DNA of 64,000 nucleotides, from positions 57,645,909 through 57,709,908 of the forward strand of contig NC_081355.1 of assembly GCF_030684315.1 (NCBI RefSeq). The letters are read 5' to 3'. Below the pieces are notes generated by a model. The model was not told where the DNA came from. It made no database searches and was given only the letters and a program-made list of their open reading frames with translations. Position 1 is the first letter of the stretch; the number at the start of each line of letters is the position of its first letter. Source of the stretch: Stegostoma tigrinum (taxonomy: Eukaryota). Below are positions 1 to 13,144 of the stretch, piece after piece. The position numbers were made by a program, and so were the translations under genes.

Positions 1-528
1 AACACTTAGAATATTCTCCTTTGCAAGAGCAAATAAATAAATTTGAATGTTCACCAGCATACACACATACTGAAAGATGGACAAGAACTCTTATTTGCCC
101 AGGGAGACCCTGTACAAGCGCTTTGATCTTGTTTAACCATTCAATGTAAAGAAGTGCAATATAAACCATTTTACCGTTCCTCGCAAGGAAAAATAAAGCA
201 CGAACAAATTCACGTTTAAGTATTTTTTTTAGAAAATTTGTTCATATACCCTGTTCCATAAAGTAGAAGATTATATATGCAAAGTTCTGTAAGCCTTAGT
301 ACTTCACTTCTACTACTGAATGTTAAGGCTGGAGTCCATGAAAAGAACAACCACTAACCAGAGACAGAGTAACGCAAGCAAAGATTGGTTGTCATTAGGT
401 ACATTACTTGTAAACTATAAGAGTTGGTACTGAAGCAAAAAGGAAAGGGTGGAAGAGGGATGTAATCATAGATAATATGATATAAAACCATGAGAAAGTT
501 GATAGTCCACCAGGAGCTAACTGGTCCA

Positions 529-1301
529 CTACAGATGGGTCAGCTTGGGTGCTTCCTGAATTCTTCCCTGAGACGGATGGTGTGAAGAAAGGTCTGTGTA
601 CGTGGGATGTGGGTCGCAAGGTCCATGGTGATGGTTGCTTGTCATTGGCCCTGCACTGTTATAGTCCATATTTCCAGAGGGAGGATGACCGAGGTGAGTT
701 AGGCTGAAAAGGGAAGGCCCAGAGCTTGGCATGGATTCCACAAAATTTCCTCCAACATAGACTGGGCTACCCTGTAAATGAGGAGTTCCATAGCCAGAAT
801 TACCTTGAAGAGGATGCGTATCGTACTCAGGTGTCACAGTGGCTGTCCCAGCATACCTCTTCTGTGGAGGTGGGCAATTGTTGAGGGGCCCTGGATAAGA
901 CGTAGGAATAGCATAGGTGTTTTGATGAGGTTTATTGAAGGATGTAGGCGAGTGGGGATCATATGGAGCACTGGTTGTCAAGGAATGCATCGAGTTTACA
1001 TATCCTCCGGCAGCAGATGGGGGAATGGGGCTTCTGCAGGGTGACTGTCCACCTGAAGAAGTTAGCATGCCTTTCGCTTTCTGATCCTTTTTGTACTTCA
1101 TTCTCCGATTTTGGAACCAGATTTTAATCTGTCTTTCAGTGAGGTTTAAGAGGTTGGCCATTTCAACCCTCCTTGGCCTACAAAGGTAGCGGTTAAAGTG
1201 AAACTCCTTCTCCAGTTCAACCAGTTGGGCACTGGTGTATGCTGTGCGTGCCCTCTTGGAGGCTGGACCTGGAGGACTCTTTTCACCAGCTGAACTTTCA
1301 A
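529..1301 (-). CDS. hoxa3: HoxA3 coding exon 2 (homeodomain and C-terminal tail)
   Basis: PG3 homeodomain ([58 protein letters not shown]) and C-terminal [13 protein letters not shown]. Acceptor tttgcctccAG at 1303-1302; stop TAG at 531-529. Confidence 0.97.
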
Positions 1302-2789
1302 CTGGAGGCAAAGTAAATAAAGATTGCATCAGTCATTGGGAATTCTAAACGTTTCAAATATGTCATTTAATGTATATTATAAAACTCTTGTGATATTGTC
1401 TAAATTATTGGCAATAACATACACTAACATACCATTCCAAAATCTTAACCATGCATTCTCCACCTGCAAAAATGTATGTAATCTTTACTCATTTCCTAAA
1501 CTATTACACTTAGTAGTAAAGATATAATCATGCATAAACATTAGCAATCCCAACCAGAATGTTATGATTTGAATCACTTATGACAAAATAACACACCAAT
1601 TTGACTCATGTTACAATGACTAGAACAGTTTTTTTTTAAAAGCAGCAATACGTGCCAAGAGCATTGAATTGACATCTTGTATAGACAACTATTTACTACT
1701 TGGGGGCATTCACTCAAACCTAAACCTGACTTCTTTGTTATCTGAACTAACTTACATGCCAATATAAACCAACAACTATAACTCCCTCCTCCATTCCGTA
1801 AGAATTCATTTGCTTATGCCACAATTGTGTCAAACATGATAAGAAACATTATCTTAAAGACAGTTAAGCAACATTTGGCTACCAATATTTGATTATCTGT
1901 TAACTACAAGTAACGGTGAATCAAATCCACTCATCATAATTGCTAATGTTGAAAACACCCAGCAAGCATTTCTGTAGACAAATACAGAACTAAGATATCA
2001 GATCAACATCTTTTCACTAAAACTGGAAAAACATTAGTGATGTGATTTTTTTAAAATAAGTGTAAGGGGAAATGTTCGGGAAAGAATTAGCTTAATAACT
2101 ACTCATCTCCAACTTATCCTAGTACTGATGAGACATTACCAATCTGAAATGTTAACACTGATTCTCTTTGCCTCCTGTTTTCCTCAGCATTTTCTGTCTC
2201 GTGTCATATTTTCAATATCTGAATATGTCATGTTTTGAGTCATGTTACTCCTTCTACTTGCAGTCCACAGAATTATTTAAATTCAAATAAAATTGATGGA
2301 AACTTGTTTTGTGCAACTGACTTAATATAAGTATTTCTGCGTATTTTAATTTGAATCCCACAGATGCACATCTGGTATTTAACCCTGCAAAACCATTTTG
2401 ATTAATACAAGAAGTTCATTTGTCTACAAATCACTTATTTTATCAATTGGAATCGTCTGCATGCATATATTTCTATATGTGTAGATAAGCAATAGGCATT
2501 ATAACTTCGACACTACATGTATCCTATTAAAACTAAGAATTCAATAAAAAAAATTCAGTCCAAAACCTTGGTCTTTTATGTTTAACTGTCAATGAGTAAA
2601 ATGTAAGCAGATTACTTGATATTTAATCGTTTATGTTCTATATGTTTGTCACATCTCCTCAGATCTGTATCATTATATACATATACAAAACACCTATGAT
2701 CCTCTAGGACTCTGGTGAATTTACCTTTTTAAATTAAAACATCATTGTTATATAACTGGAAAATTCAGGATTAATGTGGATTTCTTTTA

Positions 2790-3101
2790 TTTGCCATGCG
2801 ATGTGGGCACCACAGGCAAAGCCATCATTTGTCATTTATCAAGAGTAATCTATTTTGCTTTTTAGGGGATACCAGGTAAGGATAGCTGATTTCCTTTTTG
2901 TAAAGGACATAAGTGAACCAGATGGGTGTTTACAACAATCAATGGTCATTGTTCGGGGATCATTAGGCTAGATTTTAAATTTGAAATTATCAATCAATTT
3001 CACTATCTACCATAGATGGATTTGAATCCATGGCCTCAGGATATTAGTGTGTGTCTTTGGGTTACTAGCCCAATGACATTATCCCTACATCATTGACACC
3101 C
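2790..3101 (-). mobile_element. Decayed, internally deleted tRNA-derived SINE of a common shark family, in the HoxA3 intron
   Basis: The minus strand begins with a tRNA-like head (degenerate A box; B-box-like GGATTCAAATCC). It continues with CTGGTTCACTTATGTCCTTTAC..AAGGAAATCAGCTATCCTTACCTGG and ends with ..GCCCACATCGC. This resembles an abundant elasmobranch SINE (recalled as SacSINE1-like, unchecked). Confidence 0.75.
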
Positions 3102-3645
3102 TGTTTTGTACCAGAGGGAACGTCCAATCATATGGAAGACCAATGGGAGAGAAAAACAGTGAGAAAAAGAAAGGGATGGGTGCTGCAGAGGCAGACGGGT
3201 AGAATGGGAAGAAATGGGTTGGGGGGGTGCGAGAGAGGAATATATTATTGGAGATTTAAATGTTTATGCCATATAGGTATGTTACATCACCTTACAGCTA
3301 TATCATTGTCCACGTATTAAAAAAAACCACATATAAAAAACACCTATTGTCCTATGAGATACATTTGCCCATCTGTTTCTTGGAATTGTAAACTTTAATT
3401 GTCTAATTTATATTGAATAGATATTAATATGCTTCTTTATTAATTAAATGCATTTTTGATTGTTTGATAATGACCCATACGTTATTTTAGGTCAATGCTG
3501 GTAGAATTGAAATGTTTGAGTTGTTCAGATATTATTGAGATGAAGGCAATGCCTATATAGTTCAAGTGGCTCAATTAGCAACTTCACCCACTGTAACAAT
3601 GATACGTCAATTGGTAATCAAAATGTTAGACATGACACTTTATAC

Positions 3646-4108
3646 CTGAACTGGAACTGCTGGTTTTTTGCTTGGCGTTTTGGCGCGACTCTTTCATCCA
3701 GGGGAATATTTGTTTACTGATGGTGGTTTGTGAGGTAAGTGTAGGATTTTTGTTTGTGCTGGCCTGGGTCGAGCTGTTGCTGGTATTCTGGGGTGGTGAG
3801 ACAGATGGTGGTGGTGGTGGTGGAGGAGGTGGTGGCTGCTTCTGTTGCTGCTGCTCTGCAATGACTGGGTGGTGGCTCGGTTGGCTGGCATTGGTTCGCA
3901 TGCAACTTTCATTGATATCGTTGGGTTTGTGATGGGGAACAGTGTTAGCCGGTGACTGCAGAGAACAGGCTGGCCGATGATAGTCATTTTCCACATGGGA
4001 AGAAGGAGGATATTGTTGTTGATTGGCATTGTAGTTAAAACCATTTGCTCCTTGGTATGTGTAACCTCCGAAAATTGCAGAGCTGTCGTAGTATGTCGCC
4101 TTTTGCAT
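3646..4108 (-). CDS. hoxa3: HoxA3 coding exon 1
   Basis: Starts [16 protein letters not shown] (ATG 4108); hexapeptide IFPWMK; donor G|GTATAA at 3645. Phase 1 joins exon 2 in frame, giving about 411 aa. Contains a Q/P-rich tract. Confidence 0.96.
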
Positions 4109-4170
4109 CTCGTTGTTTCCCAATATTTATTTCGCAAAATGACAGGGTCTTGACACCCTTATAGAATAAC

Positions 4171-4207
4171 ATTGGCACCCTGTGTCACGTGACTCTCTTC
4201 TTCCAAT
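4171..4207. promoter_or_regulatory. CCAAT/E-box/CCAAT module just 5' of the HoxA3 ATG
   Basis: ATTGG 4171-4175, palindrome GTCACGTGAC 4184-4193, CCAAT 4203-4207. A splice acceptor (gtctcttgtaaccccAG, 4226-4225) lies just upstream, so the first coding exon probably spans 3646-4224. Confidence 0.7.
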
Positions 4208-7200
4208 GGCCTCTTCGGGTAGACCTGGGGTTACAAGAGACAAAACCATAATGGCGAAATAGTACAAATCCATCTTACTCTCAATAGCAACTGACATGAA
4301 AAGCCATAAAAAGTGTGTGGTAATATTTGGTCACACGGCTTTAGCCCTGGGCAACCTACGTGTAACAATGGTTTAAAACTGACTCTCAGCAGTAACTGCT
4401 CAGTGTGGTTGTGCGGCAAACGATCGATAGCTGCAGAGTCCAGCCTTTGACTTTATTTTGTCTCATCGAGGAAATATAATCCTACATAAAGGTTCATATG
4501 AAACATGGATTTCGGTAGGTTCAACCAAGGACAGCCTTCTTCTTAGGTAGTTGAAAAGAAGAACCACTACTTGTGTATAAAGACTTTTTTTCAAGCCAAC
4601 GTTTAGAGAACGTTAAAACCTTGCATTATGTATATATGTGCAAAACAAGACTCAATTATAAATATGTGATTTGTTACTACTCAAGCTGACATAATACGGT
4701 GAAATTTTAGGCCACTGTGATGAGTTAATGATTTGTTTAAAAGTGAAAACGAAACAAACCAACTTTAGCAGTTAAAACTCTGCATGGAAACACAATATAT
4801 TTAAGCTCTATGTATGCGTTTACTTTGATTCAAATGATTAGCGTTGTGCGCTGTGTTTAAACTCTATTGTTTAAAAAGTATTAAAAGAAAGGTATTTACA
4901 GATGTTTCCGCTGTCTGAATGGTTGTGTTAACGTGCATTTGTACATTCCTCTCCTGTAATAGACACCGCTGGTGTTGTAATGAAACTGTGTCTACAGAGG
5001 AGCGCCTCGTTTTAACATACTGTTTTCGCTTTTCTCACCGGGGACGTGGAACAAACACTACATTAAGTGCACTATGGCTGACATCATGGCATTTAAATTT
5101 GTGTTCGCTTTTGCACCCCAGATTTACCCACAGTGGCAGGCAGAAATGTCTTGCTTTTTGTTGGTTCCACTTTTAGCAGGTCACCATTTGGTCTGGCGGA
5201 AATTTCCAAGCGTTCTTTTAATGTTTGAATTCTACCTGCTAAAAGCATGATGGATCGGGAAGGGAGCAGGAACCTGAAAAACTGGCGTCCTTCTGCATGA
5301 CCACGGTGTGAACTTTTCTTCCAACCAAACGATAATAGGCTCTGTCTCTGAAACTACTCTTAATTTGATGTATTGGGGTCACTGGGCTGGGGGAAAAGTT
5401 GAGCGCCCAATCCACAGAAAGCGCCAGCATCATGACAAACCGGCAGCAAATTTAACACTATTCTATTTACACAGGTCATTTAATTTTCATCTTTAAAAAA
5501 TACAAATCTGATATCTCTTTTAAAGAGTAGTTTAATGTGCGTCGCCCATGAATTAAATTAGTTAAATGGACAAAACAGAATTATTTTCGCATCGGAGGTA
5601 CATAGCTCACCTTGGGCCTATAGATCTTTGTTTCATTTACAAAAAAAATTCAATATTTTGTCACGGATGTACGCTTTTAAGCCAGTTAAGATAACTAGAG
5701 ATCGATTGCCATTAGGAGATTTTTCTTTATTTTAAATAAGATATATGGCCTAGGCGAGCACACCATTGTTTGCTAGGCCTTTCTTCGCTGCCGCCGCACT
5801 CATACAAAGGAGGAGGCACTAGTAAAGCGAGCCCATCCATTTTGTGGGGCTGATAGGAAAATAGTTCAAACTCCGGGTGAATAGGGCTTCACTGCACGTT
5901 TTAAACCTGGTCATTAAAAAAATAAGTTTCCGCGTGTTATGTTCAATTGTTGGCCAACATACATGCTTAAGTTTCTATAAAATGCATTTCACAACATTCG
6001 ATTGAATATGACGTGAACTTGGAGCTGTCTTCAAAGCAATTGTAGTGGTTAGAGCTACAAGAGAAAGTCAACCTGACGTGGTCGGTATAGTAGGGCTGAA
6101 TGGTATTAAGCGTAGCTTTAAAATTGCATTTTGGTGCTTCTGGGACTGAACGTTTGAAACAACGAAAGTGCTTTTGAAAAATCTTTGCACTGTTCCGTCC
6201 CTAAACTGAATAGTCTGCCATTGTTGTGAGTTGGAGCACTGAATGCTCCCGAAGCATTTTGTAAAGTTGAAAACGTTATTTTTAAAAAGCGTGGTTAGCA
6301 GCCAACTGACAAGTGCTGCGCCTGAAGCCATAGGCCTCTGGTTTGGTTTAAGGAGGTGATTCCTATTGTCGAGGACTGTATCACACAAGTTATTGATTAT
6401 GGGTTTCACTTATAAAAGAGTTGTCACTAATTTATTTAAGTTTGAAATATTCTTGCTATATTATCAGTATTCGTTCTCAAGCACGCAAGTATAAACTGTG
6501 AGGGGAAAATGCGGTGGTTTGCTCCTCGTATGGTGAAAAGAGTTATTGGCAATCTTTCATAATCGGTGCCCACACATCAAAATTTTCCTGTACTTCCTCA
6601 GACTTAAGGGGTCTCCGCCATTTTTTTCTGAACAGCAAATACAAGCTTGCTCACCTGTACAAAAGCATCTCATCCTATGCAACTACGACTCAGTATTTCG
6701 TGAACCTATTTCTTCACTGCTCCCGTCGTTTTTGAAAGTATCGCTCGTGTACTGTTCCTATTCTCTCTATATGTTTCAACACGGAAAAGCTTTGTGACTG
6801 TAAACTGACACATTATATTTCAAAGACGCTATGTAACTCTCACATAAATGCTACCCTCGCTGCCAGTCAAACAACAAAGCAGAAAACAACCTCTTTCTCT
6901 ATTGGAGTGAAATGGAGTAATGACAAACTTTTGATTTGTGTCTCTTTAATGTGAACCTTGTCCGACTATTTATCCAGCTAACCCTGGCAGAGATATGTAT
7001 CTGCACATACAATTGCCTCTATAAACAGCTTTCAGCATTCTTCACCACACTACCAGGGTAAGCAGGGTAAAAGAAAAAAAAAGTTGAAAAGCAAGCACTG
7101 AAGCTCAGATTCTACCAGAGCAATAGCAAATGCTTCTAGGTGTATGTGTATAGATGCCTCAGGCGAGACAGTAGGCTGCAATATATTCACAAAACTTGGA

Positions 7201-7311
7201 AAAATGTAGACAACAATATCAGCGGTGCAGGAGAAACAGAAAGTAGAATTAAAAGATTTGAATTCTCAGCCTACGGGTATCAGCCAGGATATGAAAGGAA
7301 GCTATACCATG

Positions 7312-7328
7312 TGAACTCTTCTTGAACC
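7312..7328 (-). promoter_or_regulatory. DR5 retinoic acid response element upstream of HoxA3
   Basis: GGTTCA-AGAAG-AGTTCA on the minus strand is a consensus RAR/RXR DR5, matching the Hox3 5' RARE as recalled. A Pbx/Hox site TGATTTATGA lies at 7347-7356. Confidence 0.85.
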
Positions 7329-10300
7329 GAGATTTAAGTCATATGGTCATAAATCACTGGGACATAAACTCCGCCATTCACCAGTGATAGCCTATTTGTG
7401 TCCAGCTTACCTTAGTCTCTGACGATAGACGCAGACCACGGCACAATATTTGCAGATTCACCAGGGAAATCGATAAGCAGGAGTTTCAAAACTTCCAAAT
7501 TAAGTAGAATGAAGGCAAACAGTTTACTCTTACACGCTGAAAATCACTGATTGACGACAACGACAAATGGGGAAGGGAAAATGGTAGAGCGGCAAAGAAC
7601 AGGCGAGCAGACTCTAGCTTTTGGATGGACAGCCCTGTGATTATGGTAGCGTGCCCTGGTCAGGGAGATAAGACTACTATCAGTTTTCCTGGCTTCTCTT
7701 ATCTAATACCAAAGAAATGGGGTATGTTGCTTATGAATATTGTAGGGTCCAAGCGCGGATTTTAAGTTTGCTGCCTGGCGGTACTGAACAGACAGGCTGA
7801 GTAAACTCCCCCGAAACATAGCGTCACAAGTGAAAATTATGCAAATTAACCAACGCGGAGGACACAAGCACACTGGTTTGGCAATCATTGAATCTTTATA
7901 ATCATAACTTGAATCAAAATCTCACCCTTTGAAACAAATAGCGTTTTAATAATATTGATATTGACACAAAATAAAAGAATACACTATTCGAGTATGCGTT
8001 TAATCTTCCGCGTTGATAGCGCTGTACTAACTTTTATTAACACCTTGTTGTAAAGAAAAGGCTTTGTTTGAAGTACAGCTTGAGAATAGTGCGGAGGAAA
8101 TATGGCACCAGGATGAAAATACAACCTCGTTTCAAACAGGTTCAATTGGTTTTAAAGCAGGGCCCATTTTTTCTTCCCAATTCAATGAAGTAAAGGTGCT
8201 AACAATGCTGAAGTAAAAGTGTTTCAGACATAGGAGCGAAAAGTTACGCAAGGGAAGCAAAACCGAGGCAAAAGAGGCGAGAATTGAAGGAGCTATAGTC
8301 ACCCCTAATGCATACCAATGCTTCTGTCGTTTATGGCTACGTAAGATTTATGACTTCATGCACTAAGGCTGTAAACAGAGCACTAAAGTGAAAACACTTG
8401 CTCCTATCGCTTATTGCGATGCAACTGCATGAAAGGGGAAGCCAAACAGCGTAGGAGGGAAGATAGGGACAAAAATTCACTCGTTTGCAACTTTTCAAGT
8501 AAGCCGCTCGATGTTCTATCTGTAGTGAAGTGCTTTATTGTCAATGAACAGCCCTTGCACTTTCTTAAAGTGCTGAGTTTAACTTTTTCCCTCTTTCTCT
8601 GGCGATCGTAGGAAGGTGGCATTAAGTAACGTCACGAAAGCTGGATTTTTTTTTAAAAATACTGATTATAACCTAGGCTAGTTCAGTGAGATTTAATTAA
8701 GAAGCAGCTGGATAGAAAGTGAAAGTGCCCGGTTTACGTGAGGGTGTCGTCCAACATCATCGGGAACTTGCTGGGTACAGCGAACTAAAATTCTGGATCA
8801 GAAACGGTTTACGCCATTCGAAACTGTCGGCTCTCCCTGCGTCCAGTCGCTAAGTTTTGCAGAGAAAAAGTAAACGATAAGAGCAGGGTTGATTTGAGCG
8901 ATAAGATGCTATGCTGTTATGCAAGGTTTTGATAATTATTACAACTTCCATTTCTAAAACGATCTTGCTCGAGATTGGAAGACCATAACCAAAAGTTTAT
9001 ATTTCCGACAGCCATCTTTAATACTTTGAAGTTCTGCTTGCTATGAATTAGCATCCATTTTATGGCCTAGAATGCATGCTTTATGGCTGTATGTAATTCC
9101 CTCTGTAATTGATACATTTATGTTTATTTTTGACCTATCCTAAAATCTACATATAAAAGCATAGTGTGGTCTCTTTATTTCACTGGTTGTTTGTGGTTGG
9201 GTTAATAAATCCGAGTTCTTAAAACGTTAACGTGTGGGGTTGCAACGATCATAACGTATCTTTAAAATTCAGAATAGTACAGACAACTCACCGAAAGTTC
9301 GTCAGTCTCGCTGAAAAGTATCTGGCTGTAGAATTGTTGTTTAGAATATAGTCTGGAACAGAAATGAGAAACCATTAATTGCCACGAATAAAAAAGAGGC
9401 GTAGGTTGAGTGAGAAATTGAGCAACCCTTCCTTGACTAAATCAAGTAAATCTGCGTGGATTATGAACGAAAATAAACCAACCTGGCTCTTTGAATCAAC
9501 TTTACACGTAACATAGCCCTCTGATCAAAGGAAAAATGCTCTCTGAACAACTTGGAGGCTTTTTGTGAAATATTATGCGAATATTAGAACCCGAGAAAGG
9601 ATCTTGTGGATTTTCTGTGCCTTATCGGTGATAAGACACTTTATGTATGTATCGTTTTCAAGTACATCTGCGCTAATGCAACTCTCATTTGCTGTCACTG
9701 TAAAATACTTGTATTATTTGTGTGTGCTTAACCTTGTCAAATATGCACCAGGACTGGATAATAAATCAGCGGAAAAATACGTGTAACCGAACTAATTAAA
9801 TTTTAAATGTATTTACCAAAATTCTTTGCCCAGTGTTTGCATTCAACTTTGGGCCGGCTGGATGGAGTGGGGCGACACTAAACACTGCCGATATAATGCA
9901 AAAAAATTAAATAGAGAGACCGAAAGAAGAGTTCAAAGTCAGCAAGGACGAAAATACCAACTCCAACAACGTTAATTTCACCGGTATTGTACATTTCGAA
10001 ATATATCAGCTCATGAAATAGTGATATCGTCAATTACATATATTGCATTTAGATATGTGTGGCGACGGGCCGATTATGTAGGACAGGAAATTACTTTAAT
10101 TATTTACAGTGTCTTTTTTTTAATCCACTCCCCACGCCACCCCTTCTGATCTGATTTTATTTTGCGCGATTGGTAGAGTTTCAGTCGGGTACTGATCCGG
10201 CTATCAATAATTGCCACTGTGATTTGTCATATATAAAAATAAGTAAAGCATTCGTTAAAGCAGATTGCATTCGCACGGCTGTCCCAGCACACCGAAAACA

Positions 10301-13083
10301 TAAATCAAATCGCAACACCCTGACCTTTCCTGAGCAGGACTCGCTGGTGGGTGCAATTTTATATAACACTTGCACCCCCAGAATCACATAACGAGTCTGT
10401 TTCCATCATTTTATTCGTCCTGCAGGTACTTTTTTAAAGAAAAAAAGCAGAATTGGCTTATCTGAATCACGTTTTAATTTATTTCGTTAAATTCTTCAGG
10501 TAATCAGTATTCCAGGACAATGACGGCCTGCTAGTAAATAATCCCAGATTCAACCTGTTTTATACTTTACATTAATCAAACGCTAACATAGTGAAGATGA
10601 GCAAGTAGGGGCAATTTTTAGCCAACAATGATTTTTTTAAAATGTCAAACTTTGATGAACAGTCTTATTTTTTCACAAAATCACTACACGTCCCATTTAG
10701 AAGCATAAAATGTAATGTCCATCTATTAAGCGATGTGATTCATTGAGATTTCAACAATACACATAATAACGAAAAATCTAAATAACCTCATTCTAGACAC
10801 ACTACAATCCACAAATTAGCTGACTGGATTTCTAAAATGGACGAAGAACCGTTCATTGAAGCACATTACCTAATGAATAAAATGTCAGACTAAATAAATG
10901 TGTTTATCCTCATGTGATACAGTAGTAATTCCTATTAACAGCTATTAAAGCCAGATATATTGGTGTCTCATTCAATGTTATAAACACAAGATGTTTTGTT
11001 TGTACATATTCGAGCAGAGAGCGGCCATTGACAGGATTTCAATATTCGATTGTTCGTGTTTCAAGGAACAACACATGCATGTGATCCGAGCAATATCCCA
11101 CGAATTAACTTCTTTTTTATTTCCCATCTGGAGGGAAAATATTTTTGGAAATGGATTATGTGCCGAAGCAAAGAGAAAAGGGGGAATCTAACGTGTTCTG
11201 GTACATTCTGACACCCGTAAGCCTTTTCACTGACCTTTGCCTTGAGCAGCAATAACTCACCATATTAATGAACAATCAACGGAAGCATTTGGAATACCTC
11301 AAAATAAAATCCATTCCGCTAAATGCAGCATCTTGTCCTGCTCGCATATATTCCTTCATGTGAAATCCAGTGCCCAGAGTGCAATCTCTTTAGAAGAAAA
11401 TAGCTGGCTCTTAACAGAAAGTGGAAAAGCGTAATCACAGCCGAAGCCAGCATAGGTCTCCGATCCAAATGCCACAATAATGCGCTGTATTATGTGCTCA
11501 CGTGGTCATACGTCAACTTAAATCCTTTTATTTGAATTTGGGAGATAATTAAAGGAGCACCTTTTTCAAGGAAAACCTAACTTTTTACCCAACAAAACCT
11601 AGGAAGTTTCTTAAGTAGAGTTTTGTTGATGTTGCAGAAGGTTGTTCCGCGATAATTCTGTGCAGGAAATCCACGATACGGTAAGTTGTGTCGTCTGTAT
11701 CTCATAGTGTAAAAGACCCCAATCCGAGACTGTAGGCTCAACTACTTGGAACAGATGAATAGCTGTTTGTGACGCATTAAAACCCGCAACGGGTGTTTAA
11801 ATCGACCTGTGAAGAAGGGACAACTTCACATTTTCGATCAAAACAGCCAAGTAAGCAGGGAAGCCCCACAATGGTTAAGCTTCCGTACGAATCTCCCTTT
11901 TCAGAGCGTGCTATTGTACTGGACTTGCTCAACACCCACACGTTACACCATGCTAGTTATTCAAACTAGAAAAGGTTTATAATTACCTGACAAAGACAAA
12001 GCAGTGTCCCAGAAAGCATAGTTGATTTTACTGAATGTAGCACAGGATGAGGAGAGTACTTGACAGCGACCTAACCATTCTGATTTCTTTACCAGTGGAA
12101 TCGTAAATCGTGTCTGTAGGGACCTTCATGCAAAATCTTTGCTTACATGCTTTCTGCCAATTGAGTGATGCGTGGAACTTGTTGTGGAGGAAGAGAGCAA
12201 AATAGACTCCAATGTAATAGATATTGATTGTTATGAGGAACCATTAATGAAAAAAAATCATTGTGTATCTGTGGAATAGAATTTATCTCTTGGTTGTTTG
12301 TCCATGAGATGTGCTCTAGTTTAGTGCAACACATATTGAAAGTTTAGTGTCAAACAGAAAGTGCAGAGAGTTTGATATCAATTCATCCACAACTTCTGTA
12401 TGTCTGAAGTTATTCAAACTATATTTCATCTGAGAGATTCATGATTAACAAGTCCCTAGTCTAAAGTCTTCAATTTGAATTTTAAAACATGTCTTCTTCA
12501 TGGACAACCTGTCTTGAACAGGGACCCTTCTTTCTGTTGCTTATATTTTATTTTGCCCCTTCCACCTTTGCTTCCTTCTATTTATTGTAGTCTTTGAACA
12601 TTTCTGAAGGTCGTTCAATAAACTTTCACTACAATCTGCTGCACCCAGCATAGGCCCGTTTCCTTTATGCACTTTCCTTAGTAGCAAGCATTGCTTGGTA
12701 TCACAAATGATTGAGATTCTTTTAAACGTCCCTTTCTACAGTTGTGGGAAACTTATGTGCGTTCAAAGTTTGAGTTGGACAGCTTAGTATAGCTAATAAT
12801 AAACTGAGTTAAACTATAATCATTACAGCAACTTCAAAGTGTCAGGGCACAAAAGTGAGGCGAATTTTTGGTTTCCCAACATCAGCAAATTTCAGAAAGG
12901 TTATAGACTCTTCATTTTCCCTCCGAACAAAAGGCCATAGTTAAACTCTCAACACAGCGTAAAACATTAATGAATAATTGATGAACGCTATGAAGTTCGT
13001 CATTTTGATACTGAAATAATTTAATGTAAACATATACACACGTAAATATATGGACATACGTATGAGCATATGCATGTCTATAC

Positions 13084-13144
13084 ATAGATAGACAAATAGA
13101 TAGATAGATACATAGATAGATAGAGAGATAGATTGATTGATTGA
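13084..13144. repeat. Imperfect (GATA)n/(GATT)n microsatellite
   Basis: atagatagacaaatagatagatagatacatagatagatagagagatagattgattgattga. Confidence 0.85.

Noticed and set aside
3672-4137. Overlapping alternative-frame and antisense ORFs over Hox exons (also 778-1044, 21949-22616, 35007-35471, 56550-56906)
   Set aside because: These are shadows of GC-richer, triplet-repetitive coding sequence, with no recognisable domains and often non-ATG starts.
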